Positions 10,456 to 21,150 of a stretch of 64,000 nucleotides of DNA are shown piece after piece. The stretch is taken from the NCBI GenBank assembly GCA_963833575.1, contig CAWHXY010000004.1:64001-128000 (forward strand). The letters are read 5' to 3'. Source of the stretch: Candidatus Bathyarchaeota archaeon (GTDB lineage: Archaea > Thermoproteota > Bathyarchaeia > Bathyarchaeales > Bathycorpusculaceae). Position numbers and translations under genes: made by a program. The notes beneath the pieces are model-generated. The model had not been told where the DNA came from. It saw only the letters and a list, made by a program, of their open reading frames with translations, and did no database searches. Each line of letters begins with the position of its first letter. The first letter of the stretch is position 1.

Positions 10456-11085
10456 TTATTTTCGCTCCTTAATTACACGTTTGATTATTTTAGTTCTAAC
10501 AAATTCTTCTCGATCTTTTTCTTCTAGCACCAGTTCAATCCATTTGGCTGTTTGGCGATACCTTGGGATAAGGACATAGTTTAAGGCGTTGACTCGACGC
10601 TGGGTTCTGCGTACATCGTTGGCTATCTGAAATGTAGTTCCTTCTGTTCTAGCTAAATCAGCGATTAAACTTAGAACACCATAGAATTGCTTGAATGCTT
10701 TGTCTAGTTCTACACTGGTGTTGGCAAATCCGTAGTCTGGTTTGACGTCAGGTTCACTTTGAAATTTTACAGATGGCACGGTTACGCCCATGATGCTTTT
10801 GTAATCTACGGTGTAGTGAGCTTCGGTGCTCGAGCCTAAAGCAACGCTAACAACTGTCTCTGAACCCTTTGCCATGTTTGCTTCCCTTAATTTTTGGTAA
10901 GCTTTCTCAAGAGTCTTCAGCAGTTCCTCGCGGGTGCTTTCGGCTTCATAAATACTGTTTCTTAATTCACGCAACAGTATGTCACGTTTACGTTCAAGGA
11001 CTTCGCGACCGGACTCTGCGAGGTTCAATGTCTTTTTTGTTTGAATCAAGTTTATTCTTGTGGGACTAACATTTTCAGAGGACAA
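10456..11085 (-). CDS. atpD: A-type ATP synthase subunit D
   Basis: PTRINL, LERKRDIL, RTQRRVNAL, LEEKDREEF. Confidence 0.95.
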   Translation of the reverse strand: MSSENVSPTRINLIQTKKTLNLAESGREVLERKRDILLRELRNSIYEAESTREELLKTLEKAYQKLREANMAKGSETVVSVALGSSTEAHYTVDYKSIMGVTVPSVKFQSEPDVKPDYGFANTSVELDKAFKQFYGVLSLIADLARTEGTTFQIANDVRRTQRRVNALNYVLIPRYRQTAKWIELVLEEKDREEFVRTKIIKRVIKERK

Positions 11086-11090
11086 TTTTG

Positions 11091-12497
11091 CTATTTGACC
11101 TCACTGGCAAATTTAGGATAGTACTTCTGAATATATTCAGGCTTTATGCTAGTTAATTCTTCGTCGGGTAACAATGAAAGCACATCCCAAGCAATTGAAA
11201 GTGTCTGTTCGATTGTGCGGTTCTCATTTTTACCCTGTTGGATAAGGGTTTTCTCGAAGGCTTCACCGAAGCGCAGGTATTCTTTGTCTCTTTGACCCAA
11301 ACCTTCCTCGCCGATAATGGTTACTAATGATTTCACTGAGTTGTATTGAGCATAAGCTGAATAAAGCTGGCTTGAAACGTTAGCGTGGTCTTCTCGTGTA
11401 CTATCTTTGCCGATTCCGTCTTTCATCAGTCGAGAAAGACTTGTAGATACGTAGATTGGCGGATAAATTCCCTGTTTCTCTAAAGAGCGAGACAAAACGA
11501 TTTGTCCCTCAGTAATGTATCCGGTGAGGTCAGGAATTGGATGAGTAATGTCGTCATTAGGCATTGTCAGAATTGGCATTTGTGTAATAGAGCCTTTTTT
11601 GCCATGGATTCTACCTGCCCGCTCATATATGCTTGCTAAGTCACTGTACATGTAACCTGGGTAACCTTTCCTGCTGGGTACTTCTTCCATCGAAGCACTA
11701 ACCTCTCGAAGAGCCTCACAATAGTTAGTCATGTCAGTCAAAATGACCAACACATGTGTATCTTGTTCATATGCCAGATACTCAGCTAAAGTCAAACCAG
11801 CTCTTGGAGTAATAATACGTTCCACTGGTGGGTCATCAGCCAAGTTGAGGAACATCGCAACGTTTTTTATTGCTCCAGTTTCCTCGAAGCTTTTACGGAA
11901 AAAGGCCGCATCATCGTGTTCTAAGCCCATTGCAATGAAAACTATAGAGAAGTCTTCCCCTCCACTGCGAATCTGCGCTTGCCTCACAATCTGGGCGGCA
12001 AGTTCATTATGCGCAAGACCCGGACCACTGAAAACAGGAAGTTTCTGTCCACGGACAAGACTAGTTAACCCATCAATAGCAGAAATGCCTGTTTGAATGA
12101 ATTCCTTGGGGTATTCTCGGGCTACAGGGTTCAGTGGGAAACCGTTGACATCGCGTTTTTCTTCTGTAAAGAAACGTGGGTGACCATCGATTGGTTCTCC
12201 GAAACTGTTCATAACGCGTCCAAGCATTTCTGTGGAAACTGGAACTTCTAATGGATGCCCAAGAAATCGCGTGCGTGTTTCTGAGGGCGATAAACCTGTC
12301 GTACCTTCGAAGACTTGTACGGTGACGGCTTTCTGTGTGATTTTGATAACTTTTCCCAAGCGTGTTTCGCCACTTTGAGTTTTAACTGCGACCAATTCAT
12401 CGTAGCCTACGCCCTGCACGTTTTCTACCACGATGATTGGACCAGAAATTGAAGCAACCCCTTTGTATTCCAATCTTGAGCTTGTTTTTGCTGCCAT
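11091..12497 (-). CDS. atpB: A-type ATP synthase subunit B
   Basis: [50 protein letters not shown]. Confidence 0.98.
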   Translation of the reverse strand: MAAKTSSRLEYKGVASISGPIIVVENVQGVGYDELVAVKTQSGETRLGKVIKITQKAVTVQVFEGTTGLSPSETRTRFLGHPLEVPVSTEMLGRVMNSFGEPIDGHPRFFTEEKRDVNGFPLNPVAREYPKEFIQTGISAIDGLTSLVRGQKLPVFSGPGLAHNELAAQIVRQAQIRSGGEDFSIVFIAMGLEHDDAAFFRKSFEETGAIKNVAMFLNLADDPPVERIITPRAGLTLAEYLAYEQDTHVLVILTDMTNYCEALREVSASMEEVPSRKGYPGYMYSDLASIYERAGRIHGKKGSITQMPILTMPNDDITHPIPDLTGYITEGQIVLSRSLEKQGIYPPIYVSTSLSRLMKDGIGKDSTREDHANVSSQLYSAYAQYNSVKSLVTIIGEEGLGQRDKEYLRFGEAFEKTLIQQGKNENRTIEQTLSIAWDVLSLLPDEELTSIKPEYIQKYYPKFASEVK

Positions 12498-12502
12498 AGT
12501 AA

Positions 12503-14272
12503 TTACCTCAATGTTGTCTCCAACACTGCGAAGTTTTCATACATTCGCTTTTCCAAATCATCTAACAACTCGCCTTTATCGTTGGGTATCGAAGTTTTCA
12601 TACGCATAATTTCCTCAGTAATTGGCAATTCTGCAACTTTGAATATTGGTGCACCCTTGCTTACCACGTTGTCTGCTAATCGGTGGTAATCCACGATTAT
12701 CTTCAACATCTTGAACTGCTTCTTCGGAGAACTGTACGTGTCGATGGCATCCAAAGCATTCTGCTGAAGGAAGGCAATGCGTATGATTCTGGCGGTTTCC
12801 AAAATTAAGCGTTGTTTGTCAGGTAAAGCTTCTGGACCAACGAGTTTTACAATGTTTTTAAGGTCATCTTCAGCCTGTAATATGCGCATGGCTTCTTCTC
12901 GGTAACTGTTCCAGTTTTTATCGACTTGTTTATGCCACCATTCTGCGAGGTCTTGGATATAGCCGCTGTAGCTTGCCATCCAGTTGATTGACGGATAATG
13001 TCTGGCAGCTGCAAGTTCAGCGTCTAATGCCCAGAAAACTCGGGTGAAACGTTTAGTATGTTGGGTAACGGGTTCAGAGAAGTCGCCTCCAGGAGGGGAA
13101 ACTGCTCCGATAGCGCAAATAGAACCAACACGTTTGTCTGAACCTAGGGTTTCGACGACGCCTGTGCGTTCGTAGAATTCAGCGAGACGTGAGGGCAGGT
13201 AACTTGGGAAGCCTTCTTCAGCAGGCATTTCTTCGAGCCGCCCGGATACTTCTCGGAGGGCTTCTGCCCATCTGCTTGTAGAGTCAGCCATCAAGGCTAC
13301 AGCGTACCCCATGTCGCGGAAATATTCTGCGAGGGTGATTCCAGTATAAATGCTGGCTTCTCGAGCAGAGACCGGCATGTTACTTGTGTTAGCGACAAGA
13401 ACTGTTCGCTCCATGAGCGGGTACCCTGATGTTGGATCGATTAATTTAGGAAAGCTATCTAGAACATCGACCATTTCGTTACCACGTTCTCCGCAACCAA
13501 CGTAAATGATAATGTTGGCATCTGACCACTTCGCCAATTGCTGCTGAGTTACAGTTTTTCCTGAGCCGAAGGGACCAGGGATAGATGCACTTCCTCCCTT
13601 AGCCACTGGGAAGAAAGTGTCGATAACACGTTGTCCAGTGATCAAAGGAGAAGTGGCAAACAGCCTTCGAGTGTGGGGACGGGGTTCTCTGACGGGCCAT
13701 TTCTGAAGCATGGGCAAGTCAATATCGGCTCCGTTTGATTCTATTGTAGCGATTGTTTCTGTAATTGTATAGTCGCCTTTCGGTGCAATCTTAGTCAGAT
13801 TGCCTTGAACATTAACTGGAACTAGTATGCGGTGCTCAAATAGGGCTGTTTCTTGCACCGTGCCAAGTATGTCGCCGCCTACAAGTTTAGCTCCAACTCT
13901 AGCTGTCGGTACAAAAGTCCATTTTTTATTTCTAGAAAGTGATGCCACTCCAGCTGCTTGCTTTATGAAAGCACCTGTTAGGTTTTTTAATTCTTCAAGG
14001 GGTCTTTGGATGCCGTCAAAGACGTTACCAACTATTCCTGGAGCTAATTCCACCGACAGGGGACTTCCTGTGCCCAAAACAGGTTCATCGAGTTTGAGCC
14101 CAGTGGTGTTTTGGTAAACTTGAATGGTCGCTTGTTCGCCCTCTAAACGGATAATTTCGCCGATTAAACGGTCGTTACCTACTTCGACCATTTCATGCAT
14201 GACTGCCTGTCCCATGCCTGTAGCCTCGACCACTGGTCCCGCAACGCTGATTACGCTTCCTTTAACGAGCAT
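12503..14272 (-). CDS. atpA: A-type ATP synthase subunit A
   Basis: Walker [31 protein letters not shown]; no intein. Confidence 0.98.
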   Translation of the reverse strand: MLVKGSVISVAGPVVEATGMGQAVMHEMVEVGNDRLIGEIIRLEGEQATIQVYQNTTGLKLDEPVLGTGSPLSVELAPGIVGNVFDGIQRPLEELKNLTGAFIKQAAGVASLSRNKKWTFVPTARVGAKLVGGDILGTVQETALFEHRILVPVNVQGNLTKIAPKGDYTITETIATIESNGADIDLPMLQKWPVREPRPHTRRLFATSPLITGQRVIDTFFPVAKGGSASIPGPFGSGKTVTQQQLAKWSDANIIIYVGCGERGNEMVDVLDSFPKLIDPTSGYPLMERTVLVANTSNMPVSAREASIYTGITLAEYFRDMGYAVALMADSTSRWAEALREVSGRLEEMPAEEGFPSYLPSRLAEFYERTGVVETLGSDKRVGSICAIGAVSPPGGDFSEPVTQHTKRFTRVFWALDAELAAARHYPSINWMASYSGYIQDLAEWWHKQVDKNWNSYREEAMRILQAEDDLKNIVKLVGPEALPDKQRLILETARIIRIAFLQQNALDAIDTYSSPKKQFKMLKIIVDYHRLADNVVSKGAPIFKVAELPITEEIMRMKTSIPNDKGELLDDLEKRMYENFAVLETTLR

Positions 14273-14275
14273 TTT

Positions 14276-14896
14276 TTATACCGACTCTCCAAACAATGTT
14301 TTCGCTATTTCAACACGTAAAACTGGTTTAAGTTCTTCCAACCGATTATCCAAGGTAACATCAAAGATTATTTTTCCGTCTTCGGTTTGGATTATACATC
14401 CCCCAAGATAATCACTGGTTTTTTCGATTAGCCTAAATTCACAATGCAACTTCTTAGATAAACGTTTCAGAACATCCCGCGTTAACCATTCTTTATCTTT
14501 AGCGTTTACCTGAATTGCAAGGTCTTTTTTGCCGATCCTTTCAGCGGCGTTTTGTATAATCTTTAAGAGATAATCATGATAACCGTCAGTTTTTACAAAA
14601 TTTCTAAATTCAACCAAAGCTTTCTCGAAAACGGCATCAACTAAATCTTCTTTTGTCCGAAGCAAACGATTCCTCATTTCCACCTCAGTAACGGAAGCAA
14701 TTTTCCGCCTTTCAGCTTCTGTTTTTGACTTGGCTTGGGTGATTATCGCTGAGTAGTTTTGATCTGCTTGCTCTTTTGCTGCCTTCAAAATTTCTTTCGC
14801 TTCACTTTCCGCAGCTAGAATTGTGGCTTCTGCTTCTTTTTGCACATCGCCCACAACTTCTTTAGCAATCGCTGAAACACCATTTTTAACGCTCAT
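14276..14896 (-). CDS. atpE: A-type ATP synthase subunit E
   Basis: Coiled-coil N-terminus; LGGCII...DVTLDNRL; operon position. Confidence 0.9.
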   Translation of the reverse strand: MSVKNGVSAIAKEVVGDVQKEAEATILAAESEAKEILKAAKEQADQNYSAIITQAKSKTEAERRKIASVTEVEMRNRLLRTKEDLVDAVFEKALVEFRNFVKTDGYHDYLLKIIQNAAERIGKKDLAIQVNAKDKEWLTRDVLKRLSKKLHCEFRLIEKTSDYLGGCIIQTEDGKIIFDVTLDNRLEELKPVLRVEIAKTLFGESV

Positions 14897-14908
14897 ATTA
14901 ATTCACCG

Positions 14909-15217
14909 TTACATTTTGATGCCTAATATTTTACTCACAATATCGGATAATGCCATTTTATTTGCGGGACCCTTGCTTCCAGGAATCTCCACGATTAGGG
15001 GGGTGACTCGTTCCTGACGCAATTTATCTACTTCTTGCCGCATGGAGGGATCCGATGAGAAGGCTTCGCTAATAATTATCACACCAATATCGCTTCGTGT
15101 GAGAGCTTTAAGTAGTGCCTGTCGAGCTTCATCACTTGTGGACGCTTCGACGCCTTCAACACCAACTAGTCTAAAGCCAGTAATCATATCACTGTCTCCA
15201 ATTACGAAGCCAATCAT
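14909..15217 (-). CDS. atpF: A-type ATP synthase subunit F
   Basis: VIGDSDMITGFRLVGV...PLIVEIPG; likely start ATG at 15217. Confidence 0.93.
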   Translation of the reverse strand: MIGFVIGDSDMITGFRLVGVEGVEASTSDEARQALLKALTRSDIGVIIISEAFSSDPSMRQEVDKLRQERVTPLIVEIPGSKGPANKMALSDIVSKILGIKM

Positions 15218-15273
15218 GTCATCGCCAAATATAACTTTAAATGTCTGCTGGTAAATCAAACATTCTGTTAAAA

Positions 15274-17310
15274 ATGTTGCGACCAGAAAGAATGACCTCT
15301 ACATCAATAATCTGCGTTAAAAAAGACGTAGAGCCGATTTTGGAAGCATTGAGTAACTTCGGAGAATTCCATATAGAACAGACGACTCAAGACAACGCAG
15401 GTTTAACTGAGTATAACGAGAGCATCCAGAAGATCGAAGGATCTCTTGCAGATGTAAACATATTGATTAATCAGATTGTAAAAGAAAAATCAAGTCTCCT
15501 TAGCATTTTCCAATTAACGCAACCGACAATAACTCAGGTTACAGCCGAGAATTGGCACGCCTTATTGGAAGCTACCAGCCAAAAAATTTCAACCCTGAAA
15601 AAAGAAGTAGACAGCCTCAATGAAGCCCTTTCGTTCAATCAAGAAAAAACTGAACAACTCAATCACATCAAAAGCATGTTGGAAAGGCTCACCATAATGG
15701 AAGTAGACCTTGTTGCTATGGAAGATTTGAAGTTAATTTATGTTGCAGTTGCAAGTGTACCGACCAAAAACTTTTCCGGGTTAGAAACAGCCCTTGAAGG
15801 ATTCCCAATTTTTATTAATCGTTGCTCCATAAGCAAAGAAGTAACTTTTGCGTGTTTAGCCCTTCCCGTCAAATATCAAGCAGACACTGAGAAAATCCTG
15901 AGGACATATCATGCTGAAGTCTTTCATATTCCCAAAGAGTTACCACACGATGTAACTGAAGCACTAAAAGAAGTTAACAAGCAACTAAAAGAAAACGCAG
16001 GCAAAGAAAAAGGTCTGTGTGATTCACTCAATAAATTAGGTGAGGAAAACAAAAATAATCTTGAATCTTTGAAGGAAACTTCAGAAAACATTCTCACCCT
16101 TTTGCAGGCTGAAAGAAAAATATTACAGTCAGGTCGGCTTGCAACTGTTAAAGGATTCGTGCCACAAAAAAAATTCAAAGAACTCAACGAAAAAGTTACT
16201 GGCATGCTCGACGGAAAAGTTATAGTTTTGAAAAATGAAGTGGCTGTGTCTGCAGATCCCCCTACCAAAATTAGCCACAGCTGGTTCATCAGTCCCTTTG
16301 AAGAACTCACTAAACTTTACGGTTTGCCACACTACAATGAGTTAGACCCGACATCATTGATGGCGATCAGTTTCCCTATTCTTTTCGGGTTAATGTTTGG
16401 CGACATGGGTCATGGATTAATTCTGCTGGTCGGTGGATTGGCAATGTTTTTCCTAATTAAGAAAAACGATGGAATAAGAAATGTCTGTTGGATAATGGCG
16501 ACCTGTGGAGCAGCTGCCATAGTCGCGGGAGCGCTCTACGGCGAGTTTTTCGGCAAGGCATTGTTTCCGGCTTTATGGTTCGACCCTTTTAGCCCAACCA
16601 CTAACGTATTCAGCTTCTTAATCTTCGCACTAGTAATAGGCGTCATACAAATCTTAAGCGGATTAGTGTTGGAGATGGCGAATTTTACGATCCAGCGTGA
16701 TTTCGTTAATGCCATTTTCTTCTCAGTTCCCAGAATAGCATTTTACGTATGTTCAGTTTTGCTCATCGTAATTTATAAGTTAAATATCGCGGTATGGTTT
16801 TCAGGCCCTGTATTGCTGATTGTAATTCCGTTTATTTTAATGGTTATTGCGAAGCCAACTTTTATTGCGTTTTCGCATCTTTCATTTCGATCCATTGAAA
16901 CCCAAGGTGAAGAGGAGTTGGCGTCTCAAGCCCACGAAGGCTCCTTTGGCCAAAGCCTTTTTGAAGGGGGAGACTTCATGACCCGTTTGCTCAGTAACAC
17001 TATCTCCTATAGTCGTATTCTTGCTTTACTTATGGCGCACTGGGCCTTACTTCTCGTGACATATACCGTAGCCAATTTGATTGGTTTTTCTTCAATCGTT
17101 AGCTTGATTATCAGTTGTATAGTCATAGTTGGTGGGAACATCTTCGTGATTGCGCTTGAAGGATTAATTGTTTTCATCCACACGTTAAGACTACACTTTT
17201 ACGAGTGGTTCAGCAAGTTCTACAAAGGTACAGGAAAAGAGTTCAACCCGTTTAAACAAAAATTCACACACACTGATGTTGTGCTCAAACGGAAAAAAGA
17301 CTCTAAATAA
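15274..17310 (+). CDS. atpI: A-type ATP synthase subunit I (a), on the opposite strand to the other atp genes
   Basis: MLRPERM start, YGLP-Y-ELDPT, FGLMFGDMGHG, SNTISYSRILAL (essential Arg), LRLHFYEWFSKFY. Confidence 0.97.
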   Translation: MLRPERMTSTSIICVKKDVEPILEALSNFGEFHIEQTTQDNAGLTEYNESIQKIEGSLADVNILINQIVKEKSSLLSIFQLTQPTITQVTAENWHALLEATSQKISTLKKEVDSLNEALSFNQEKTEQLNHIKSMLERLTIMEVDLVAMEDLKLIYVAVASVPTKNFSGLETALEGFPIFINRCSISKEVTFACLALPVKYQADTEKILRTYHAEVFHIPKELPHDVTEALKEVNKQLKENAGKEKGLCDSLNKLGEENKNNLESLKETSENILTLLQAERKILQSGRLATVKGFVPQKKFKELNEKVTGMLDGKVIVLKNEVAVSADPPTKISHSWFISPFEELTKLYGLPHYNELDPTSLMAISFPILFGLMFGDMGHGLILLVGGLAMFFLIKKNDGIRNVCWIMATCGAAAIVAGALYGEFFGKALFPALWFDPFSPTTNVFSFLIFALVIGVIQILSGLVLEMANFTIQRDFVNAIFFSVPRIAFYVCSVLLIVIYKLNIAVWFSGPVLLIVIPFILMVIAKPTFIAFSHLSFRSIETQGEEELASQAHEGSFGQSLFEGGDFMTRLLSNTISYSRILALLMAHWALLLVTYTVANLIGFSSIVSLIISCIVIVGGNIFVIALEGLIVFIHTLRLHFYEWFSKFYKGTGKEFNPFKQKFTHTDVVLKRKKDSK

Positions 17311-17330
17311 GTGGAAAAAACCAAAAACTT

Positions 17331-18383
17331 CTAAATTAAAAGTTGGTTCCGAATTTCTTCAGGCTTCATCGCAGAATCGACTGCCAAACTCAAAATCGTA
17401 AGGTTGTAGACTTCCGTTTCCTTCTGTGTCATGAAGGCAAGAGGTGAACCAATGTTAAAAGTTTCACTAATTGCGCTTGACTTAGCATGTTGATTCACCG
17501 CCTTCTTGAAGGCTTTTGCAGCGGTTGATATTGTTTCCTCAGGATTTTGTGCTTTTACAAAGAATTTTGCGTAGTAACTGTCGAGAACGATTTTAAGTGC
17601 CGCTTCAAAATCAACTGCAGTTACTAAAGCCTCCATTGTTGATTTGTTTAGGTTGAAGTAGTTTTGAGGAATTACAAGCCGCAGCCAATTGGGTTCGTAG
17701 TTTAACGCTTTGCCCCTCAGCAAAGTAACCAATGCGAAGCTGTCGTTTTCTATACTTGCGTAAAAGTTTGCGTAAAGCTGCTCTTTTTTTCTAAGGCTTT
17801 TGTAGCTATCGTAAAGTTTTTCGTAAAAAAACTTGTCTAAAAATACATCAAAAGATGAGGTAGAGGCGTTTTCTTCATAATTTTTAAGCCCCATATTCAA
17901 AGATGAAAAATACTCTGTACCCTTTAAGGCATGAATTATTTGGGTTGGAGTAGAAGCTTTGACGGCTTCCTCCACGACTGCACGTCTCTTAAGATAATCT
18001 TCCACAGAAAAGAAGATTTTTGCTAATTTTTGTTCAGAAGTCAGTTTGGCGCTGGTTGCTTTCATAAGCGCCTTTAAATGCTCAATTTCGAATCGTAAAA
18101 GATACAAACTTAGATATTTTCCTGCTTTTTTAGGAGAATACTTTATTATTTTTATATAAGAGTCGATGAGGTTTTCGTTAAATGCTCTTTCAAGCTTTCG
18201 GCTTGTAAGTGGAAGAGACAATTTGGAGATTTGTTCCTGATAGCTTGTATCTCGAAGTTGAGCAGCAAATTCACTGAGGCTTTTGTTTTCTGCGAGCGCC
18301 TTAAGTTTAGCCTCACTGAGGAGTTTGCTTCTTTCCGCGCCTATTTTAGCTAGAACAGAAGCATAATGCGTTGTCTGATTCAA
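17331..18383 (-). CDS. atpC: A-type ATP synthase subunit C (d)
   Basis: YA----KI-A-RSKLL N-terminus, KETEVYNL C-terminus, 350 aa, context. Confidence 0.88.
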   Translation of the reverse strand: MNQTTHYASVLAKIGAERSKLLSEAKLKALAENKSLSEFAAQLRDTSYQEQISKLSLPLTSRKLERAFNENLIDSYIKIIKYSPKKAGKYLSLYLLRFEIEHLKALMKATSAKLTSEQKLAKIFFSVEDYLKRRAVVEEAVKASTPTQIIHALKGTEYFSSLNMGLKNYEENASTSSFDVFLDKFFYEKLYDSYKSLRKKEQLYANFYASIENDSFALVTLLRGKALNYEPNWLRLVIPQNYFNLNKSTMEALVTAVDFEAALKIVLDSYYAKFFVKAQNPEETISTAAKAFKKAVNQHAKSSAISETFNIGSPLAFMTQKETEVYNLTILSLAVDSAMKPEEIRNQLLI

Positions 18384-18700
18384 ATTTTAGTGTCCTCTAG
18401 TACGGCCTTAACAACTACTAAAACCGCTTTATCCATGTGTTTTTCAGCCTTTGATTTCAGGTTCCCGGCGGCTGCCTCATTCGCTTTTAGATGTTCATCC
18501 CGTTCCAGATTAGCTTCCTCTGTAGCTTTCGCGTAACGCTTCTGTGACTCAGCTTCGGCGTAAGTTTTGCTGTTTTCGACCAGTTTTTCCGCATCCTGCT
18601 TTGCGAGAAGAACCATTTTTTTTGCCCTTTCTTGTGCATCGCTTTGAATTTGCTCTGCTTGGGCTTCGATCTTTTTTAATTCATCCCAAACTTTTTCCAT
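18380..18700 (-). CDS. atpH: A-type ATP synthase subunit H (peripheral stalk)
   Basis: 106-aa Ala/Glu/Lys coiled coil at the head of the cluster, overlapping the atpC start. Confidence 0.8.
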   Translation of the reverse strand: MEKVWDELKKIEAQAEQIQSDAQERAKKMVLLAKQDAEKLVENSKTYAEAESQKRYAKATEEANLERDEHLKANEAAAGNLKSKAEKHMDKAVLVVVKAVLEDTKI

Positions 18701-18850
18701 CGTTCCACAGGCGTTATAGGGTTTGTAGAGTCTTTAAAGTTTCTTTTGGTTCTTTAAACAAGAAAAAGCTCAACTGCGAGTGAATATATCACTTATAGAT
18801 ATGCAAAAGAATAGAATCGTTATCAATTTTTTTGTTTTCGTGATTTCTGG

Positions 18851-18920
18851 TTGACGTTTGTTGACTACCCTTGACGAATATTGACGACTGTTGACGTCTA
18901 TTGACGAATGTTAACGCAAC
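18851..18920. repeat. Tandem array of seven 10-bp units (TTGACGnnnn)
   Basis: ttgacgtttg ttgactaccc ttgacgaata ttgacgactg ttgacgtcta ttgacgaatg ttaacgcaac. Confidence 0.9.
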
Positions 18921-18961
18921 CTGCAAACGATTCAAACCCTAAAACAAAAAAGCAATTCAAA
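18917..18961. repeat. Dispersed 45-bp intergenic repeat, copy 1
   Basis: caacctgcaaacgattcaaaccctaaaacaaaaaagcaattcaaa; 40/45 identical to 42333-42377. Confidence 0.9.
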
Positions 18962-19086
18962 CCCGCTTGATCAAAAATGGCAATTCCAACTGTTGTTGTT
19001 CTTCTTAAGAGTTAAAGGAAATTCGTTTTATCCAGCATTCGCTGCCAAAATGTTATGCTTCTTAATAAAATGCTATTGAATATTCA

Positions 19087-20253
19087 TCATTTTTGCGATG
19101 TTGCGGAAGCGATCACATGTGCTGCAGTATCTGAATCAATCTTTCCCGTGTTCAAAACCAAGTCATAAAGCTCTGGATCTTCCCAATCGATGTTGTAAAA
19201 TCTTCGCAGATATTCAGCTGTAGCTTGATCATTGTCTTTAATCAATTTTAAAGCATCTTCCCGATTCAATCCTCTGCTCTTCATGATTCTTTCAACCCTT
19301 AAGGCTACAGGAGAAATAATTCTCACATGAAGTACGCCTGCTTTATGCTTCAATATTGCTTGACCACCTCGTCCGACAATAACCGTTTTTCCTCTGGTAG
19401 CCAAACTATTGATAACGGCTTGTATCGAAGAAAGGCATTCTTCCTCGTCAAGTGTTTTCCTGATTACGGCACTATCTTTCAAGCTACTAGATACAGCTAC
19501 AGGTTTTTTGCGAAGGAAAATCTTATCCACGAAGCTTTTAACTTTGTAATCATCTTCAGAAAAATCCGCAATATCTTCCTCAGAAATACCAAGGCTTTTA
19601 GCCTCACTTAACATCAAACCTTTATCGAAGTAAGCATAACCAAGAATCTGGCTGACCTTAACGGCAATTTCGGCTCCTCCGCTACCTTCCTGCCTCGAAA
19701 TTGTTATGACGGAGGGTGCGATCTTTGCCTCTTGCTCCTCTGGCACGTTATGTTCTAAGACCTTTTTTATCTCCTCATACTTTGGTTCGTCAGTTGGATT
19801 ATCAGAAACCCATGTGTAACGAATAATGCCTTTTTCGTCTAGGATAAAGATAGAGCGTTTAGCAATAGGGTAACACCCACTTCCCCAACAACAGGCAACA
19901 AATTGACCCTGACGTCCAGCGTAATCAGTCACCTCCAACCCATATGTTTCAAGGACTTCGCGTTTGTGATCGCTCAGTATTGGGAAGGGTAACTTGTTCT
20001 TAACAGCAAGAACTTTATTTGAAATCGGGACATTTACGTCAATTCCGACAATTTGAGCCTTTAGATCAATCAACCGAGCCATCGAATCGCGAAAAACACA
20101 TATCTCTTTAGTACATTCTGAAGTGAAAGCTCCAACGAAGAAAACTAATACAACTTTTTGTCCTAAAAACTCCCTTAAACTTCTGGTTCTATTATCCACG
20201 TCGGTCAAAATGAAATCAGGGGCCTTATCTCCAACTTTAACTCGATTCACCAT
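19087..20253 (-). CDS. Peroxiredoxin (BCP/AhpE-like) fused to a cytidylate kinase-like domain
   Basis: VGDKAPDF...FTSECTKEIC...RSIFILD, then ITISRQEGSGG...VIVGRGG...YDLVLNT. Confidence 0.88.
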   Translation of the reverse strand: MVNRVKVGDKAPDFILTDVDNRTRSLREFLGQKVVLVFFVGAFTSECTKEICVFRDSMARLIDLKAQIVGIDVNVPISNKVLAVKNKLPFPILSDHKREVLETYGLEVTDYAGRQGQFVACCWGSGCYPIAKRSIFILDEKGIIRYTWVSDNPTDEPKYEEIKKVLEHNVPEEQEAKIAPSVITISRQEGSGGAEIAVKVSQILGYAYFDKGLMLSEAKSLGISEEDIADFSEDDYKVKSFVDKIFLRKKPVAVSSSLKDSAVIRKTLDEEECLSSIQAVINSLATRGKTVIVGRGGQAILKHKAGVLHVRIISPVALRVERIMKSRGLNREDALKLIKDNDQATAEYLRRFYNIDWEDPELYDLVLNTGKIDSDTAAHVIASATSQK

Positions 20254-20340
20254 AAAAATCAGTCCCTAATAGAAAAAGAAGAGAGTGCTTGCATAAATAG
20301 CTAATGCCTAGCTCATGTTTCAATTCCAAAAAGAAGGGGG

Positions 20341-20838
20341 CTACTCTGTCTCGGCCGTTCCATGCCATCTTCTTTCTAAGTAAAGAATCAGACTGAAAAG
20401 ACCCCGACTGAAAATTACCAAAATAAGCAATTCGAAATCTGAAAAAGTTCTAGTAGCCACTGTACGAATGATTTCTGCCCCAATAAAAAAGTTCAGACTT
20501 AACGTTAAGTACCCTGATAAATAACGCGTTGAAGATGACGCCTGATAAGGATCTTTAAGCTTAAATTGAATAAATCGGATAATTACCAACAACGCACCAA
20601 AGGTGATCACACCGCCACCGAAAAGATAGAGAGCATCGGCGGCTATTGTTAGAACAACAAATATCGCATCGTAAATTACACCACCTGAAGTGTAGGTATT
20701 TCCAGCAAGCATATTGATGAATCCTGGATAAACAAAACTCAAAAAAGCGCAAAAAACGGCGACAACAATTATCATTGATATTAATATCAATGTTAATGAA
20801 TTTGGTCCCTGCTTTTTTTCATATTGGCTTTCAGCCAT
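20341..20838 (-). CDS. DUF1622-like membrane protein
   Basis: L--YLTLSLNFFIGAEIIRTV...R-LFS--L--E pattern. Confidence 0.7.
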   Translation of the reverse strand: MAESQYEKKQGPNSLTLILISMIIVVAVFCAFLSFVYPGFINMLAGNTYTSGGVIYDAIFVVLTIAADALYLFGGGVITFGALLVIIRFIQFKLKDPYQASSSTRYLSGYLTLSLNFFIGAEIIRTVATRTFSDFELLILVIFSRGLFSLILYLERRWHGTAETE

Positions 20839-21150
20839 AAAATCTGAACAACCTAATCTTTACTCGTAAATTCAGGTAAGTTCACTTAATAATTGAGTTA
20901 ACAGTTGCTTATTTAGCCTACGCAACATTTTGTCATGTAATATAGAAATGTTTTTGTTCCTTAACTTTTACGAATTCACTGTTTAGGCTTTTCAAGAAAA
21001 AACTGCTCAGGTCAATTGTCTCCAAGATGTTTATGACGGGGCAAGCTAATAGGTTGTTCGAGGCTACATATTTTTTACAAATTATTGCTACATCTTCATT
21101 TTTTTGGTGGTGAATTGGGAAAAGGCATTTAAAAAGGAACAATAACCTAA

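Noticed and set aside
15218-17330. Recombinase-driven invertible atpI switch
   Set aside because: No inverted repeats visible at the junctions and no invertase nearby
18851-18920. CRISPR array or mini-CRISPR
   Set aside because: The period is 10 bp, there are no spacer-sized unique segments, and no cas genes are present
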